Source: Chiloscyllium plagiosum (Eukaryota). Taken from it: a DNA stretch of 64,000 nucleotides. The position numbers and the translations under genes are program-made. The stretch is from NCBI RefSeq assembly GCF_004010195.1, contig NC_057711.1, positions 75,144,149 through 75,208,148 of the forward strand, in the 5' to 3' direction. Below the pieces are notes generated by a model. The model ran no database searches. It saw only the letters and a list, made by a program, of their open reading frames with translations, and was not told where the DNA came from. Numbering within the stretch: the first letter of the stretch is position 1; each line of letters opens with the position of its first letter. Of the stretch, positions 49,495 to 63,339 are shown piece by piece.

Positions 49495-52115
49495 AGGAAC
49501 TATGAACCTTCAATCCAAGGTCTCTTTGTTCAGCAACACTCCCCAGGACCTTACCATTAAGTGTATAAGTTCTGCCCTGATTTGCCTTTGCAAAACACAG
49601 CACCTCACATTTATCTAAATTAAACTCCATCTGCTACTCCTTCGCACACCAGCCTATCTTATCAAGATCCCACTTGTAATCTGAGGTCATTTTCATCACT
49701 GTCCACTATACCACCAATTTTAGTGTCTTCTGCAAAATAACTAATTATGCCTCCCATGTTCACATCCAAATCATTTATATAAATGATGAAAACCAGTACA
49801 AATCCTTGTGGCACACCACTGGTCGCAGACTTCCAGTCTAAAAAGTAACCCTCCACCACTACCCTCTGTCTTCTACCTTTGAGCCAGTTCTGTATCCAAG
49901 CGGCTAGTTTTCCCCTATATTCCATATGATCTAACTTTGCTGACCAGTCTATCATGTGGAACCTTGTCAAATGCCTTACTGAAGTCCATATAGATCACAT
50001 CCACTGCTCTTCTCTCATCAATCTTCTTTACTACTTATTCAAAACACTCAATCAATTTAGTGAGACATGATTTCTCACACACAAAGCCATGTTGGTTATC
50101 CCTACTCAGTCCTTGCTTTTCCAAATAGATGTAAATCATGTCCCTTAGGATTCCATCCAACAACATGCCTATCACTGACATCAGGCTCACCAGTCTATAG
50201 TTTCCAGGCTTTCTCTTACCACCTTTCTTAAATAGTGGCACCTCCAGTCTTCCAGCACCTCACCTGTGGTTATTGATGATACAAGTATCTCAACAGGGGC
50301 CCAGCAATCACTTGCCTAGCTTCCTACCGAATTCTCAGGGATTTATCCACTTTTATGCCTCTTAAGATGTCCAGTACCTCCTCCTTTGTAATTTGGACAT
50401 ATTTCAAGAAGTCACTATTTATTTCCCCACATTCTCTAGCTTCCATTTTCTTCTCCACAGTAAACACTGATGCAAAATACTCATTTATTATCACCCCCAT
50501 CTCCTATGGATCCACACATAGGCAGCCTCGCTGATCTTTTAGGGTCCTATTCTTTCCCTAGTCACCCTGTTTCCTTAATGTATTTATAGAATACCTTTGG
50601 AGTCTCTTTAACCTTATTTACCAAAGCTGTCTCAAGTCTTCTTTTTGTCCTCCAGATATCTTAAGTATGCTTTACTGCCTTGAACTCTAAGGATTCATTC
50701 AATCCCTGCTATCTATACCTGACATATGCTTCCTTAATTTTCTTGATCAAAACCTCAATTTCTCCAGTCATCCAGTATTCCCTACACCTACCAGCCTTGC
50801 CCTTCGCCTTATTGGGAACATTCTGGCTCTAGATTTTCATTATCTCATTTTTGAAGGCTTCCCATTTTCCAGCCTTCTCTTTACCTGTGAACATCTGCCT
50901 CCAATGACCTTTTGAACATTCTTCCCTAATGCCATCAAAATTAGCCTTCCTCCAAATTAGAACTTCAACTTTTATATCAGGTCTATCCTTTTCCATCACT
51001 ATTTTAAAACTGATATAATTATGGCCACTGACCCCAAGGTGCTCCCCATTGACACCTCAGCCACCTGCCCTGTCTCCGTTCCTGGCAGTAGGTCAAGTTT
51101 TGCACTTTCTCCAGTAGGTACATCCATATACAGCATAAGCAAATTTTCTTGTACACACTTTACAAATTCTTCTCCATCCAAACCCTTATTACTATGGTAG
51201 TCCTAGTCTATGTTTGGAAAATTGAAATCCCTTAACATAACCACTCTATTATTCTTACAGATAACGGAGATCTCCTTACAAATTTGTTTCTCTATTTCTC
51301 ACTGACAACAAGGTGATCATCTCTTTCTTATTTCTCAGTTCCACCCAAATAACTTACCTGGAACATAAAGCTGTCCTTCCTTGAGCTATGTCTCTGTAAT
51401 TGCAATGCTATCCCAATCCCATGTTCCCATCCATGCCCGCAGCTCATCTACATTACCTGTTAGGCCTTTTCATCGAAATAAATGCTGTTTAAGTTATCAG
51501 CCCTACCTTGTTCTCAGCTATGCTTCTGCCTGCCCTGACTATTTGACTTGTTCCTTTTCCCAACTGTACCAGTCTCAGACTGATCTCTTTTCTAACTGTC
51601 TGCCTGGGCTTCCCCCTTTGCTGGATAAAGCCTCCTGAGTAGCTCCAGAAAAATCTTGCCAATATGTTAGTCTCCTTCCAAATCAAGCGTAAACTTTACT
51701 TCTTATACAGGCCACTTCTACCCCAGGAGAGATCCCAATAATCCACAAATGTGAATCTGTCTCCCCTGCACCACCTCCTCAATTACACCTTCATCTGTTC
51801 TATGTCATATTTCTACTCACTAGCTCATTGCACCAGGAGTAATCCAGATATTGCCAACGATCTCGAAAGGATCAAACACATTTTTATATAATTTTCTGAA
51901 ATTCATCTCTCATTTTCAGATGTATAAATTACACTGATAGATTATATTGATTTTTGAAATTGTGTAAAGTTTGAAATCTTTTGTCAATAGACCTTACATG
52001 GCTATGTGTGTTATTTTCTGTCCTTTTGAGCAGGATTGACAATCTAGATCGGATGTGTCTTATGGTTCTTAGCCTACTTTTCTGATGCTCACTCAATGTG
52101 TGTTTGTTTGATGTG

Positions 52116-52820
52116 TGTATTTTGAAGGGGTAGAGGTGTACTGTACCTTTAAGAGAGTTGAAAAACTAGGAAGGACTGACAAAGCACAGCGAGTCCTGAA
52201 CAAAGTAAGAACATAACACTTGGGAAACAAATAGCTACAGATGAGTTGCCATGAAACAAAAACAATTCAAATTTGGCCAATCAGTTTAAATTATGCCCCA
52301 AGATACCAAAATCCAATATTATTTTGATAATATTAAAGCCAATTAAACTATTCAATGTTCTAGGGTATAAAACCAGACATTTTAACAGTTATAAGAACTG
52401 CCAATGACATCCAGAAATATAGACTGCTAGTTGCAGAGCTCTCTGAAAGGTACCTGCCTATAAGAGTTTTGTGCAGATGAACATCAAAACCAACCGAGAG
52501 AAAATCTACAGAGGAAAATTTTCAAAGGAGAATCGACAAAACTGACTGTTTTTTAAAATGTGATTTTTTTTTGTAAATCTTAATCGAGATTTTTTTTTCG
52601 AGGTCCAGTATTATAGAGTGGGAGGTAAAAGATAGGTTTAAGACAAATAATTGTTGGTTTTAATATTCTCTGTTGGACTTAAAGAATAAAATTGCTTACT
52701 TTAAATAGTGACCTCTGGGATAGCTCTTTGCCTCTTGAATTTTCACAGATTATGGTGTGAAGTGAATGTTTCTGGGTGGTTAGTTTAAATTAGCAGACGG
52801 GTTTACCCTGTATCATAACA
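52116..52820 (+). mobile_element. Probable Gypsy-type LTR (solo or with a decayed internal start)
   Basis: CCAAT boxes, gggTATAAAA near 52362, AATAAA near 52685, end ..gggtttaccctgtatcataACA; 5' boundary uncertain. Confidence 0.6.
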
Positions 52821-53199
52821 ATTGTTTCCTCACGCCAAAGAGGCGCAACAATAGCCATGCTTCAACCAGGGCCTTAGTGCAACAGATGATAGGCTTTCCT
52901 AAGAGAAGGTTTTGATACCTGGAATGTATTGGAGAGGTGAAAACCCCAAGGCAGAAAGCCTTAAAGTCAGAGGCAAAGCGAGATTCATTGGAGCTGATTG
53001 AAATTGGTTCTTGCTATATTATAGGGAAAGGAGCTAACTGTTTGATGAGTCTCTGGTAAGCAATTAAGGACTATCCATTAAATTCTAACATTTTATAATA
53101 ATTGTTGGTTATGTTAATGAATTTAAAAGGCAACATAAGTAAATAAATCATATCATTAAATACTCAGAACTCATTAAGGATGGCAGTTCAGGAGATGTA

Positions 53200-55142
53200 T
53201 CAAGGTGCAGTTTATGGGAACTCCTGCTTGCCATTGTGATCCTGGGCAGACAGGCCACCAGTACGTATTTGGAGTTTGAGCAGCTTCAGTTTAGAGTTTA
53301 TGAGCTGTAATGCATCAGGTTGAGGGAAGTTATCTGGATTCTTTGTACCAGTATGCAGTCATGCCACTTAGGATCAGGTCTTCTTATTCAGTCAGTGATC
53401 AGAGACAGGAGGTTGTGACTGTGAATTAGGCTAGTGAGTGGACCCAGAAAGCAAGAATCTAGGAGTTTCAGCCTCCACAATTGTCCAGTTGGGTTGTGGT
53501 TCTCTCAACCTATTTGGGTGAGTGCAGGCTGCAGAGTGTGTATACGAACTTACAGGAGCATTGTGATATAGGAGGACATTCAAGTGAGGGAATAATAAGG
53601 AATGTAGGGGTAGTTGACAATAGTGTGAGGAGGATTGACACCTTTCTTTGCAGCAAAGAGCGAGGTTTGAGACAACTGTGTTGCATGCCCAGTGCCAGGG
53701 TTTGGGAAATCTGCTCAGGACTGGCAAGTAACTTGTAATAGAAGAAGAAAGATCTCGTGGTCTATATAATTACCAACCGTACAGATTGAACCAAGAAATA
53801 GGTTCTGAATACAGAACTCAAGGAGTTAGGCACTAAATTGAAAAAGTAGAAACTCAAAGGATATAATTACTAGATTATTACCTGAGTCTCATAAATTGGC
53901 ATATGGTACATAAAATTAGAGAGATGAAAGACACGTGACTCAAAGACTGTGTGGGAGCAGTCAGTTCGGGTTTGTGAACAATTGACGCCGGTATTGAGGC
54001 CAGTGGGCGCAGTGTCATTGGAACAATCTGTACCTGAACTGCGCTGAAGCCAGTGTCCTTGTAGACTACATAAAAAAGGAAGGGTTTTAAACTAAATAGT
54101 AGGGACAAGGGATCAAATTTGCAAGAAGTTGTATATCAAAGAATAGGCACAAGGTAAGAGAGTAAAATAGTAACATGAGAAATGAGGTTCAAAGAAAGGT
54201 AGGATGAGCAGAGAGAAAAAAAGAGAATATACCAACAATTAAGACAAGATATCACAAAAATAACAAAAATTTAAAACTAAGAGCTCTGTATCTGAATACA
54301 CATAGCATCCATGACAATGTAAACAAATTAATAATGTATATTAAAATAAATTAATATGAGTTGATAGCCTCATATGTTGGAAACATGGTTTCAGATGACA
54401 AGGATTGAGTCCTGAATATTAATGAGTATTTAACAAACTAAAAGGCAGTAAACCCTTTATTGGTTGCCCCTACAGAACCAGGTGTGTTCCAGTTGATCAA
54501 ATATTCTGTATAATCAAGAGGTTCGTTTAATCAATGTAAAAACACACACTAAGTAATGGAACATAATGCAGGGGTATATTTTATGCTTTACTTAAAACAT
54601 AAATCACTTAAATAATAATTAAAAATTGCCTTAAATAAAATCTACCAGTGAGCTTTCTCACTTGGACTCTCAACTGACTCGTCAGACATCATGGTGATCA
54701 CAATTATACAATAAACTTCCGTGATTAGAGGTAAACCTCCAGTATTTCTGGTATACAATTTCTGCCAGTTTATAAGGTACCAGTTAAAACAAAGCTTGCT
54801 ATAACAGGAATCTATGTAAAGGTAGAGGGCTGGCACAGTTGATCAAGGATGACATTCGTGCAATAGTTAGAGACCCTGGATCAGGAGGGCAGATGTAAAA
54901 TTGGTTTTGGTTGAGATTAAGAATAGTAGAGGAAGGAAGTGATCAGTGTGAGTAGTCAACAGATGTCCTAAGAGTAACTACAATGACGGGCAAAGTGCAT
55001 ATACTGTGTGCTTGTAATAAAGGGATGGCATGATTTTAATTTACATATAAACTGGAGACATCAGATTTGCAGTAACAGCCTGGATGAAAAGTTCATTAAA
55101 TGTTTTCAAGATAGTTTCTTAAAGCAGAATGTTCTGGAACTG
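53200..55142 (+). mobile_element. Very old CR1 5' half (ORF1 esterase and endonuclease), interrupted at about 54445-54820
   Basis: VVDNSVRRIDTFLCSKER..LCCMPSARV; LRALYLNTHSI; DFNLHINW..KCFQDSFLKQNV. Confidence 0.8.
54445..54820. mobile_element. Possible Tc1/mariner (Tigger-like) non-autonomous relic inside the old CR1
   Basis: Starts cagtaaaccct; AT-rich; CR1 endonuclease sequence resumes at about 54818. Confidence 0.35.
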
Positions 55143-55163
55143 TCTATGCATATTAAGAATGAG

Positions 55164-55818
55164 GTGAAAAGTGTGGCGCTGGAAAAGCACAACAGGTCAG
55201 GCAGCATCAGAGGAGCAGGAGAATCGACGTTTCAGGCATAAGCTCTTCATCAGGAATGTTGGGGAGTGGGGAGTAAGGTAGCTGATAGATGCAGGTGGGG
55301 GGTGATGGTGATAGGTCAGTGATGGAGAGTGCAGTGGATAAGTGGGAGGAGTGGATAGGTGGAAATGAAAATGGACAGGTAGGAAAGTTCAAGAGGGTGG
55401 TGCTGAGTTGGAGGGTTGGATTGGGTTGAGGTGGGTGGAGGAGAGATGGAGAAACTGGTGAAATCGAATTTGATGCCATGCGGTTAGAGGGTCCCAAGGG
55501 GGAAGGTGAGGCATTCTTCCTCCAAGCGAAGATTGGCTAGGATTTGGCAGTAGAGGAAGCCCAAGACTTGCATGCATATCACTATCACCCCGCACCTGCA
55601 TCTACCTATCACCTTCCAGGCTACCTCCCCCACACCCCACCCACACCCCCACCCTCCTATTTATCTCTCTGTCCCCTTCCCTCCCCTCCACATTCCAGAT
55701 GAAGGGCTTATGCCTGAAAGATCAACTCTCCTACTCCTTGGATGCTACCTGACCTGCTGTACTTTTCCAGCGCCACACTTTTCAACTCTGATCTCCAGCA
55801 TCTGCAGTCCTCACTTTC
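55164..55818. mobile_element. Inverted (head-to-head) PLE 3' ends; hammerhead core at 55226-55253 (-)
   Basis: Arms are reverse complements around about 55570; degenerate TSD tctatg..gaatgag at 55143-55163 and 55819-55835. Confidence 0.85.
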
Positions 55819-56436
55819 TCTATGTTATGAATGAGTTAGGTTTGGTGATAATGGGACACCAGCACAGGGCTGGTGTTCCACAGAGACCTTCATGTCGTCA
55901 CATGAGTGGATTTGCCTTTACCTAACCAAACCTATCATTTTGTTCTCATATGGGGTGAAGAGTCTAATGTCTGTCATCCCCTTCTCACATCACCTATCTC
56001 AACCAGGAGGGTTGAGTATAATAGTAGTGAATTTCCCCAGTGAATGAATGGGAAGTGCAGTGGGCAGGAAGGGTTAGTAGTTTGAAAGGATGAGGTGACA
56101 GAGAAGTTGAATTATGGCTTGCGGTTTTTCAAAGTTGAGCTGAACACATCCCAAACAGCTTCAGTCCTAGCAATGGGAATCCAGTTAGAAACCTCGTCAC
56201 CCTCCAGAACTCACTTGCTAAATCCCACCATCTTGGTACTTCCCTCTGCTCCTTTAAAATGTTTCTCAAAATCGAGCTCTTTGATCATGCCTTTGGTCAC
56301 CTCTCTAGATATTTTCTTTGCCAGTATGTATGTATTAGCTTTCCATTTCTCTTCCTGATGGCTCCCCTTTACCCATTTAACTTAAGTTGTTGTGATTTTT
56401 CTGTATTGCTGTGATGAGGATAGTGGTATAGGAAAA

Positions 56437-56507
56437 ATTAAAAAGTCACACAACACCAGGTTATAGTCCAACAGGTTTAATTGGAAGCACTAGCTGCTCC
56501 TTCATCA
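56437..56507 (-). mobile_element. 71-bp PLE-type terminal fragment (third family) with 15-bp TSD
   Basis: agtggtataggaaaa at 56422-56436 and 56508-56522; begins TGATGAAGGAGCAGC, half of a hammerhead core. Confidence 0.75.
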
Positions 56508-59423
56508 AGTGGTATAGGAAAAGTCTGTTTAATACAAGTTTGCAAATGGGGAAAATGACTCAATTTCTGAATGTGGAAATATTGTCACATAGAAGTTTAG
56601 GTCAGTTCAAAAATACCTTTGATTACGCTTAATCTTATAACTTTATCTGAACATGTAGCTGGGCATCATATTACTTGCTTCAGCTTCACAAAAACAATTC
56701 AACAGGTGCTGGGAACACCATTTCCCAAATTCAAGAAAATGCCAACCGTCAATTTAAAGAGACCAGGTTTAATGATACTGCATTTCTCTGAAATATTCAA
56801 ATAAAATGACCACACATTTATTGTTATGCCCTGGTAAAACAGTTCAGAGGTAACCGATGACAAGAATAATAAAACTGAGTATATTGAGGCATGCTACAGT
56901 AGATGCAAAACTCTAGTTTGTGACCAACGTAAGTAGTGGCACCAGCTGTGGGCATGAGTTTGCCACTGCTCAAACATGTGGTTTCAGAAGCTGATGCCAG
57001 TCCTACAAGTAAGATGTTGACAGAGATCATCCTGCGGTGCACAGAACATAGAACATTACAGCGCTATACAGGCCCTTCGGCTTTCAATGTTGCGCCAACT
57101 TGTGAAACCAGTCTGAAGCCCATCTAATCTACACTATTCCATTTTCATCCATATGCCTATCCAATAACCATTTAAATGCCCTTAAAGTCTACTACTGTTA
57201 AGGCAGTGCATTCCACGCCCCTACTATTCTCTGAGTAAAGAAAATACTTCTGACATCTGTCCTATATCTATCACCCCTCAATTTGAAGCACTGACCTTTG
57301 TGCTAGCCATCATCACCTGATGGAAAAGACTCTCGCTAACCAAGCTATCTAACCCTCTGGTTATCTTATATGTCTCACTTAAGTCACCTCTCAAACTTCT
57401 TCTCTCTAATGATAACAGCCTCAAGTCACTCAGCCTTTCCTCATCAGACCTTCCCTCTATACCACGCAACATCCTAGTAAACCTCCTCTGAACCTTTTCC
57501 AAAGCTTCCACATCCTTCCGATAACGCGGTGACCAGAACTGTACACAAAACTCCATGAGTGGCCGCACCAGAGTTTTGTACAGCTGCAGCATGAACTCAT
57601 GGTTCCGAAACTCAATCCCTCTGCTAATAAAAGGTAACACACCGTATGCCTTCTTAACAACCCTATCAACCTGGATGGTAACCTTCAGGAATCTATGTAC
57701 ATGATTACAGAGATCTCACTACCCATCTACACCACCAAGAATCTTACCATTAGCTCAGTACTCTGCATTCCTGTTGCTCCTTCCAAAGTGAATCACCTCA
57801 CACTTTTCCACATTAAACTCCATTTGCCACCTCTGAGCCGAGCTCTGCAGCTTATCTATGTCCCTCTGTAACCTACAACATCCTTCTGCACTACCCACAA
57901 CTCTACCAACCTTAGTGTCATCAGCAAATTTACTGACCCATCCTTCTACGCCCACATCTAGGTCATTTATAAAAATGACCAACAGCAGTGGATCCAAAAC
58001 AAATCCTTGTGGTACACCATTAGTAACTGAAATCCAGGATGAACATTTCCCATGAAGCACCACCCTCTGTCTTCTTTCAGCTAGCTAATTTTTGATCCAA
58101 ACCATTAAATTACCCTCAATCCCTTGCCTCTGAATTCTTTGTAATAGCCTACCATGCAAACACCTTACTGAAATCTATACACACCACATCAATGGCTTTA
58201 CTCTCATCCACATGCTTGGTCACCTTCTCAAAGAACTCAAAAAGATTTGTCAGGCATGACCTACCCTTTGCAAAACTGTGTTAACTATCCCTAATCAACA
58301 TATTTCTTTCTAGATGATTTTAAATCATATTGCTTATAACCTTTTCCAATACTTTACCCACAACTGAAGTAAGGCTCATTAGTCTATAATTACCAGGGTT
58401 GTTTCTACTCCCCTTCTTGAACAAGGGGACAACATTTGCTATCCTCCAGTCTTCTGGCACTATTCCTGTAGACAACGATGACATAAAGATCAAAGCCAAA
58501 GATTTGTCAATCTCCTCCCTGGCTTCCCAGAGAATCCTAGGAAAAATCCCATCCAGTCCAGGGGACTTATCTATTTTTATACTTTTCAGAAGTGCTAACA
58601 ACTCCTCCTTGTGAACCTCTAGTTTAGTAGTCTGTATCTCAGTATTTTCCTCGACAACATTGTCTTTTTCTAGTATGAATACTGAAGAAAAATGTTCATT
58701 TAGCACTTCCCATATCTTATCCGACTCCACTCACAAGTGCCCACTACGATCCTTGATTGGCCACAATCTTACTCTAGTCATTCTTTTATCGCTGATTTAC
58801 CTGTAGAAAGCCTGAGGGTTTTCCTTGATCTTATCCATCAACAATGTCTCATGTCCCCTCCTGGCTCTTCTTAACTCTTTCTTTAGGTCTTTCCTGGCTA
58901 ACTTGTTACGGTCAAGTGCCCTAACTGAACCTTCACATCTCATCCTAACATACGTCTTCTTCTTCCTCTTGACAAGAGACTCAACTTACTTAGGAAAGCA
59001 CGGTTCCCACACTTGACAAATTCCTCCCTGCCTGACAGGTACATACTTATCAAGGACCCGCAGTCGCTGGGCCTTGAATAAGCTCCACATTTCAATTGTG
59101 GCCATCGCCATCTTATGTATCCTAAATCTTGCCTAATTGCATCGCAATTTCCTTTCCCCCAGCTATAACTCTTGCCCTGCGATATATACCTATCCTTTTC
59201 CATCACTAAAGTAAACATAACCAAATCGTAGACACTATCATTAAAGGGTTCACCTACCTCCAAATCTAAAACCTGGCTGGGTTCATTACCCAATACCAAA
59301 TCTAATGTAGCCTTGCCCCTTGTTGGCCTGTCTACATATTGTGTCAGGAAATCCTCTTGCACAAATTGGACAAAAACTGACCCATCTGAAGTTTGTGATC
59401 TACAGTATTCCCAGTCAATATTT

Positions 59424-59736
59424 AGATTTAGATTAGATTACAGTGTGGAAACAGGCCCTTCAGCCCAACAAGTCCACACCGACCCGCCGAAGCGAAACCC
59501 ACCCATACCCCTACATTTACCCCTTACATAACACTACAGGCAATTTAGCATGGCCAATTCACCTGACCCTGCACATCTTTGGATGGTGGGAGGAAACCGG
59601 AGCACCCGAAGGAAACCCACGCAGACACGGGGAGAACGTGCAAACTCCACACAGTCAGTCGCCTGAGGCGGGAATTGAACCTGGGTCTCTGGTGCTGCGA
59701 GGCAGCAGTGCTAACCACTGTGCCACCGTGCCGCCC
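59424..59736 (-). mobile_element. Young full-length HE1-like SINE inside the CR1 endonuclease
   Basis: A box TGGCACAGTGG, B box GGTTCAATTCC, CR1-type tail; TSD atattt/acattt at 59418-59423 and 59737-59742. Confidence 0.93.
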
Positions 59737-60489
59737 ACATTTGGAAAGTTAAAGTCCCCCATAACAACTACCCTGTCACTCTTGCTCCAATCCAAAATTA
59801 TTTTTGCTATCCTTTCCTCTACATCTCTGGAACTATTCGGAGGCCTATAGAAAACTCCCAACAGGGTAACCTGTCCTTTCCTGTTTTTAATCTCAGCCCA
59901 TACTAGACGAGTCATCCATTGTCCTTTCTGCAACCATAATACTGTCCTTGACTAACAATGCCACACCACCCCCTCTTTTACCATTTTCTTTGTTCTTACT
60001 GAAACATCTAAATCCTGGAACCTGCAACAACCATTCCTGTCCCTGTTCTACCCATGTCTCTGAAATGGCCACAACATCGAAATCCCAGGTAACAACCCAT
60101 GCTGCAAGTTCACCCAGATGCTCCTGGCATTGAAGTAGACACACTTCAAACCAACTTCTTGCTTGCCGGTGCCCTCTTGCGATCTTGAAACCTTATTTCT
60201 GACCTCACTACTCTCAACCTCCTGTATACTCATACCACAATTTGGGCTCCCATCCCCCTGCTGAATTAGTTTAATCTCACCCAAAGAGCATTAGAAAATT
60301 TCCCTCTCCAAGATATTGGTACCCCTCTAGTTCAGGTGAAGACCATCCTGTTTGTAGAGGTCCCACCCACCCCAGAAAGAGCCCAAATTAACCAGGAATC
60401 CAAAACCCTCTCTCGTAGCATCTCTGCAGCCACATGTTCAACTCTTCTTTCTCCCTATTCCTCATCTCGCTAGCACATTGCATGTGCAA

Positions 60490-61020
60490 TGAGACCTTGG
60501 AGTGCAGGTTCATAGCTCCTTGAAATTGGAGTCGCAGGTAGATAGGATAGTGAAGAAGGCGTTTGGTATGCTTTCCTTTATTGGTCAGAGTATTGAGTAC
60601 AGGAGTTGGGAGGTCATGTTGCAGCTGTACAGGACTTTGGTTAGGCCACTGTTGGAATATTGCATGCAATTCTGGTCTCCTTCCTATCGGAAAGACGTTG
60701 TGAAACTTGAAAGGGTTCAGAAAAGATTTACAAGGGTGTTGCCAGGGTTAGAGGATCCGAGCTACAGGGAGAGGCTGAACAGGCTGGGGCTNNNNNNNNN
60801 NNNNNNNNNNNNNNNNNGAAGTGGTGGAGGCTGTTACAATTGCAACATTTAAAAGGCATTTGGATGGGTATATGAATAAGAAGGGTTTGGAGGGATATGG
60901 GCCGGGTGCTGGCAGGTGGGACTAGATTGGGTTGGGATATCTGGTCGGCATGGACGGGTTGGACCAAAGGGTCTGTTTCCATGCTGTACATCTCTATGAC
61001 TCTATGATTCTATGACTCTA
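60490..61020 (+). mobile_element. Young CR1 3' fragment nested antisense in CR1 ORF1
   Basis: ORF 60502-60852; (TATGACTC)n tail. Confidence 0.92.
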
Positions 61021-62371
61021 GTTCTAAGCTTCCATCCCAGCTCCCTGACTTTCTACCTTAAATCCCCATCTCTCTTCCTACCTACGTTGTTGGTGCCTAT
61101 ATGGACCATAATTTGGGGCTGCTCCCCCTCCTCCTCTAGGATCCCGAAAACATGATCAGAGACATCATGAACCCTGGCACCTGGCAGGCAACACATCAAC
61201 TGTGAGTCTGTCTCATTCCCACAGAAAATCCTGTCTGTTCCCCTAACTATGGAGTTCCCAATGACTAATGCTCTGCTCCTCTTCCCCCTTCTCTTCTGAG
61301 CAACATAAACAGACTCTGTGCCAGAGAAATGTACCCCATGGCTTACCCCTGGTAAGTCATTTCCTCCCAATAGAATCCAAAATGGTATACTTGTTGTTGA
61401 GGGAAACGGCCACAGGGGACCCCTGCACTGCCTTTCCATCCCCTGACGGTAACCCATCTACCTTCTTCTTGTGCCTGAGGTGTGACTCCCTGTAACTCCT
61501 CTAAATAACCCCCCTCCATCTCCCGAAGTTCATCGAGCTCCAGCTCCAGTTCCCTAATGCAGTTTTCGAGGAGCTGGAGTTAGGTGCACTTCCTGCAGAT
61601 GAGGTCAGCAGGGACACTAGTGGTGACTCTTACCTCCCACATTCTGCAGGAGGAACATTTACCTGACCTAATCTCCATTGCCACTATTCTGCATACCCAA
61701 CGAGACTACTGAAAACTAAAAGAAAATAAAAACTAGTCCACTTATATTCCAGCGCTCAGACCCTTTTTTTAAGGTTAGGGGAGGAGGAGGGGTGGGAAAC
61801 ACTGCTCAAGTAGTGTTTCAGGTAAAGTAACTGCCCAAATACAAGGCCTCACTTACCCAGCTCCTGTCTGCTCCTGCCCAATGTGCATTCTGCCTATACA
61901 CGAGGTAAGGTTATATACTTTAAATTTACCTTACCATTAGGCCTCTGGTCCTCACTGTCGCTCCTGCCACTTCAACTGCCGCTGATCTGGAGGGGCAGAT
62001 AGGAAACAACTTCTTTTGAGGCGGTCTCTACCTTTCCAGATCAGCTTATTCAGCCATCAGAGGAAGTCCTCCAGATGATCTCATTGACCTCACTAAGTTC
62101 TAAGCTGCACTTCCATCAGCTGTTGTAGATGGAAGGATGCCAATCCTCCACCCTAACTGTTGGTGCAATTATAACAGCGCAGCTCAACCTGCAACAACTA
62201 CAAAGGAACACAGTCGGAAGAAAGTTGGAACACATAATGTTAAGCTTCTAATCCTGTACATATAGCTGACAATCTACTTTACGTTGCAGTTTTTCTCACT
62301 ATTGACCACATAAGTATACTAACTTATAAACAGCTTTCAAAAGGACTAGTGTTGAAATGAACAATTCCTAA

Positions 62372-62751
62372 TCATATAGAGATTTATAAAATCATGAGGG
62401 GTATGGATCGGGTAAATAGACAAGGTCTTTTACCTGGGGTGGGGGAGTCCATAATTAGCGCATAGGTTTAGGGTGAGAAGGGAAAGATATAAAAGAGACC
62501 TAAGGAGCAACTTTTTCACACAGAGGGTGGTACGGGTATGGAATGAGCTGCCAGAGAAAGTGGTGGAGGCTGGTACAATTGCAACATTTAAAAGGCATCT
62601 GGATGGGTATATGAATAGGAAGGGTTTGGAGGGATATGGGTCAGGTGCTGGCAGGTGGGACTAGATTGTGTTAGGATACCCTGTCAGCATGGATGAGTTG
62701 GACCGAAGGGTCCGTTTTCATGCTGTACATCTCCATGACTCTATGACTCTA
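62372..62751 (+). mobile_element. CR1 3' end
   Basis: Same subfamily as 3310-3838 and 60490-61020. Confidence 0.92.
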
Positions 62752-63339
62752 CATAAATATTGACAACTCTCTTAATTTCATTGAGTTAATCAATTATTAT
62801 CAGCCTGGGAATTCATTGTTATGCCTGTTTTTTTAGTTACCTGAGTGTCCAATATGCTGGGTAGGGAGGTATGCCACCTGCCATAATGATAAAGGCTGAA
62901 GGATAGCTGTCCAGCATTTTTAAACATGCAAAGAAAGATAGGTTCTTTCAGTTGTTTCTGTTTCCCCCACCAAAAGTGAAAGCCTTACCAGAGCAGCTGC
63001 AAAGCCTTCAGGATTAATACATCTAAATCTGGGGATGTTTGAAGAATCTGCTGGAGACTGCCACCCAAACAATATATTTTAAAAGGACCCTTACCTGAAT
63101 GTAGGCTCTGGGGAGATACACAAGTGTCCCTCTCTGCTCTACATCAGTCCTAGAGACAGGTGCAGGCTCCCAAACAACTGCCTACTAATCCTTCCCCTCA
63201 CACAATCACCTCAAGATGGAGTCCGGCATTCACACCCAAGCACCAACATTCAGGAACAATGTCTTGTTTGTACTGGCCGCAGTACCCTTCTCCCAGAGTG
63301 ATAAGGTCTAAACTATGGAGGCAGGATACAACAGGGTGG

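Larger units (their letters stand above)
48398..51855 (-). mobile_element. Decayed CR1 (end of ORF1 through ORF2 to 3' tail) with two internal insertions
   Basis: PLFKKGGKRKPGNYRLVSL, SGVPQGFVL..YINDLD..FAEDTK, MEFNLDKCEVL. Confidence 0.92.
57041..61930 (-). mobile_element. Near full-length decayed CR1 LINE (5' UTR, ORF1, ORF2, tail) with a nested SINE and a nested CR1
   Basis: ALVIGNSIVRG..VHIGTNN; LKCVYFNARSI; GVFYRPPNS; KSPGLDG..PEDWRIANVVPLFKKG; GVPQG..KFADDTK; tail agaacatagaac. Confidence 0.95.

Noticed and set aside
54645..54691. ACCATGATG start and MMSDESVESPSEKAH as a first exon of the repeat-protein gene
   Set aside because: Lies within an insertion inside an old CR1; the donor is weak and joining to the 48096 acceptor gives an immediate stop.
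59660..59736. tRNA-like sequences with A and B boxes (also near 16.9, 30.3 and 39.1-39.3 kb)
   Set aside because: These are SINE heads continuous with SINE bodies and tails, not tRNA genes.
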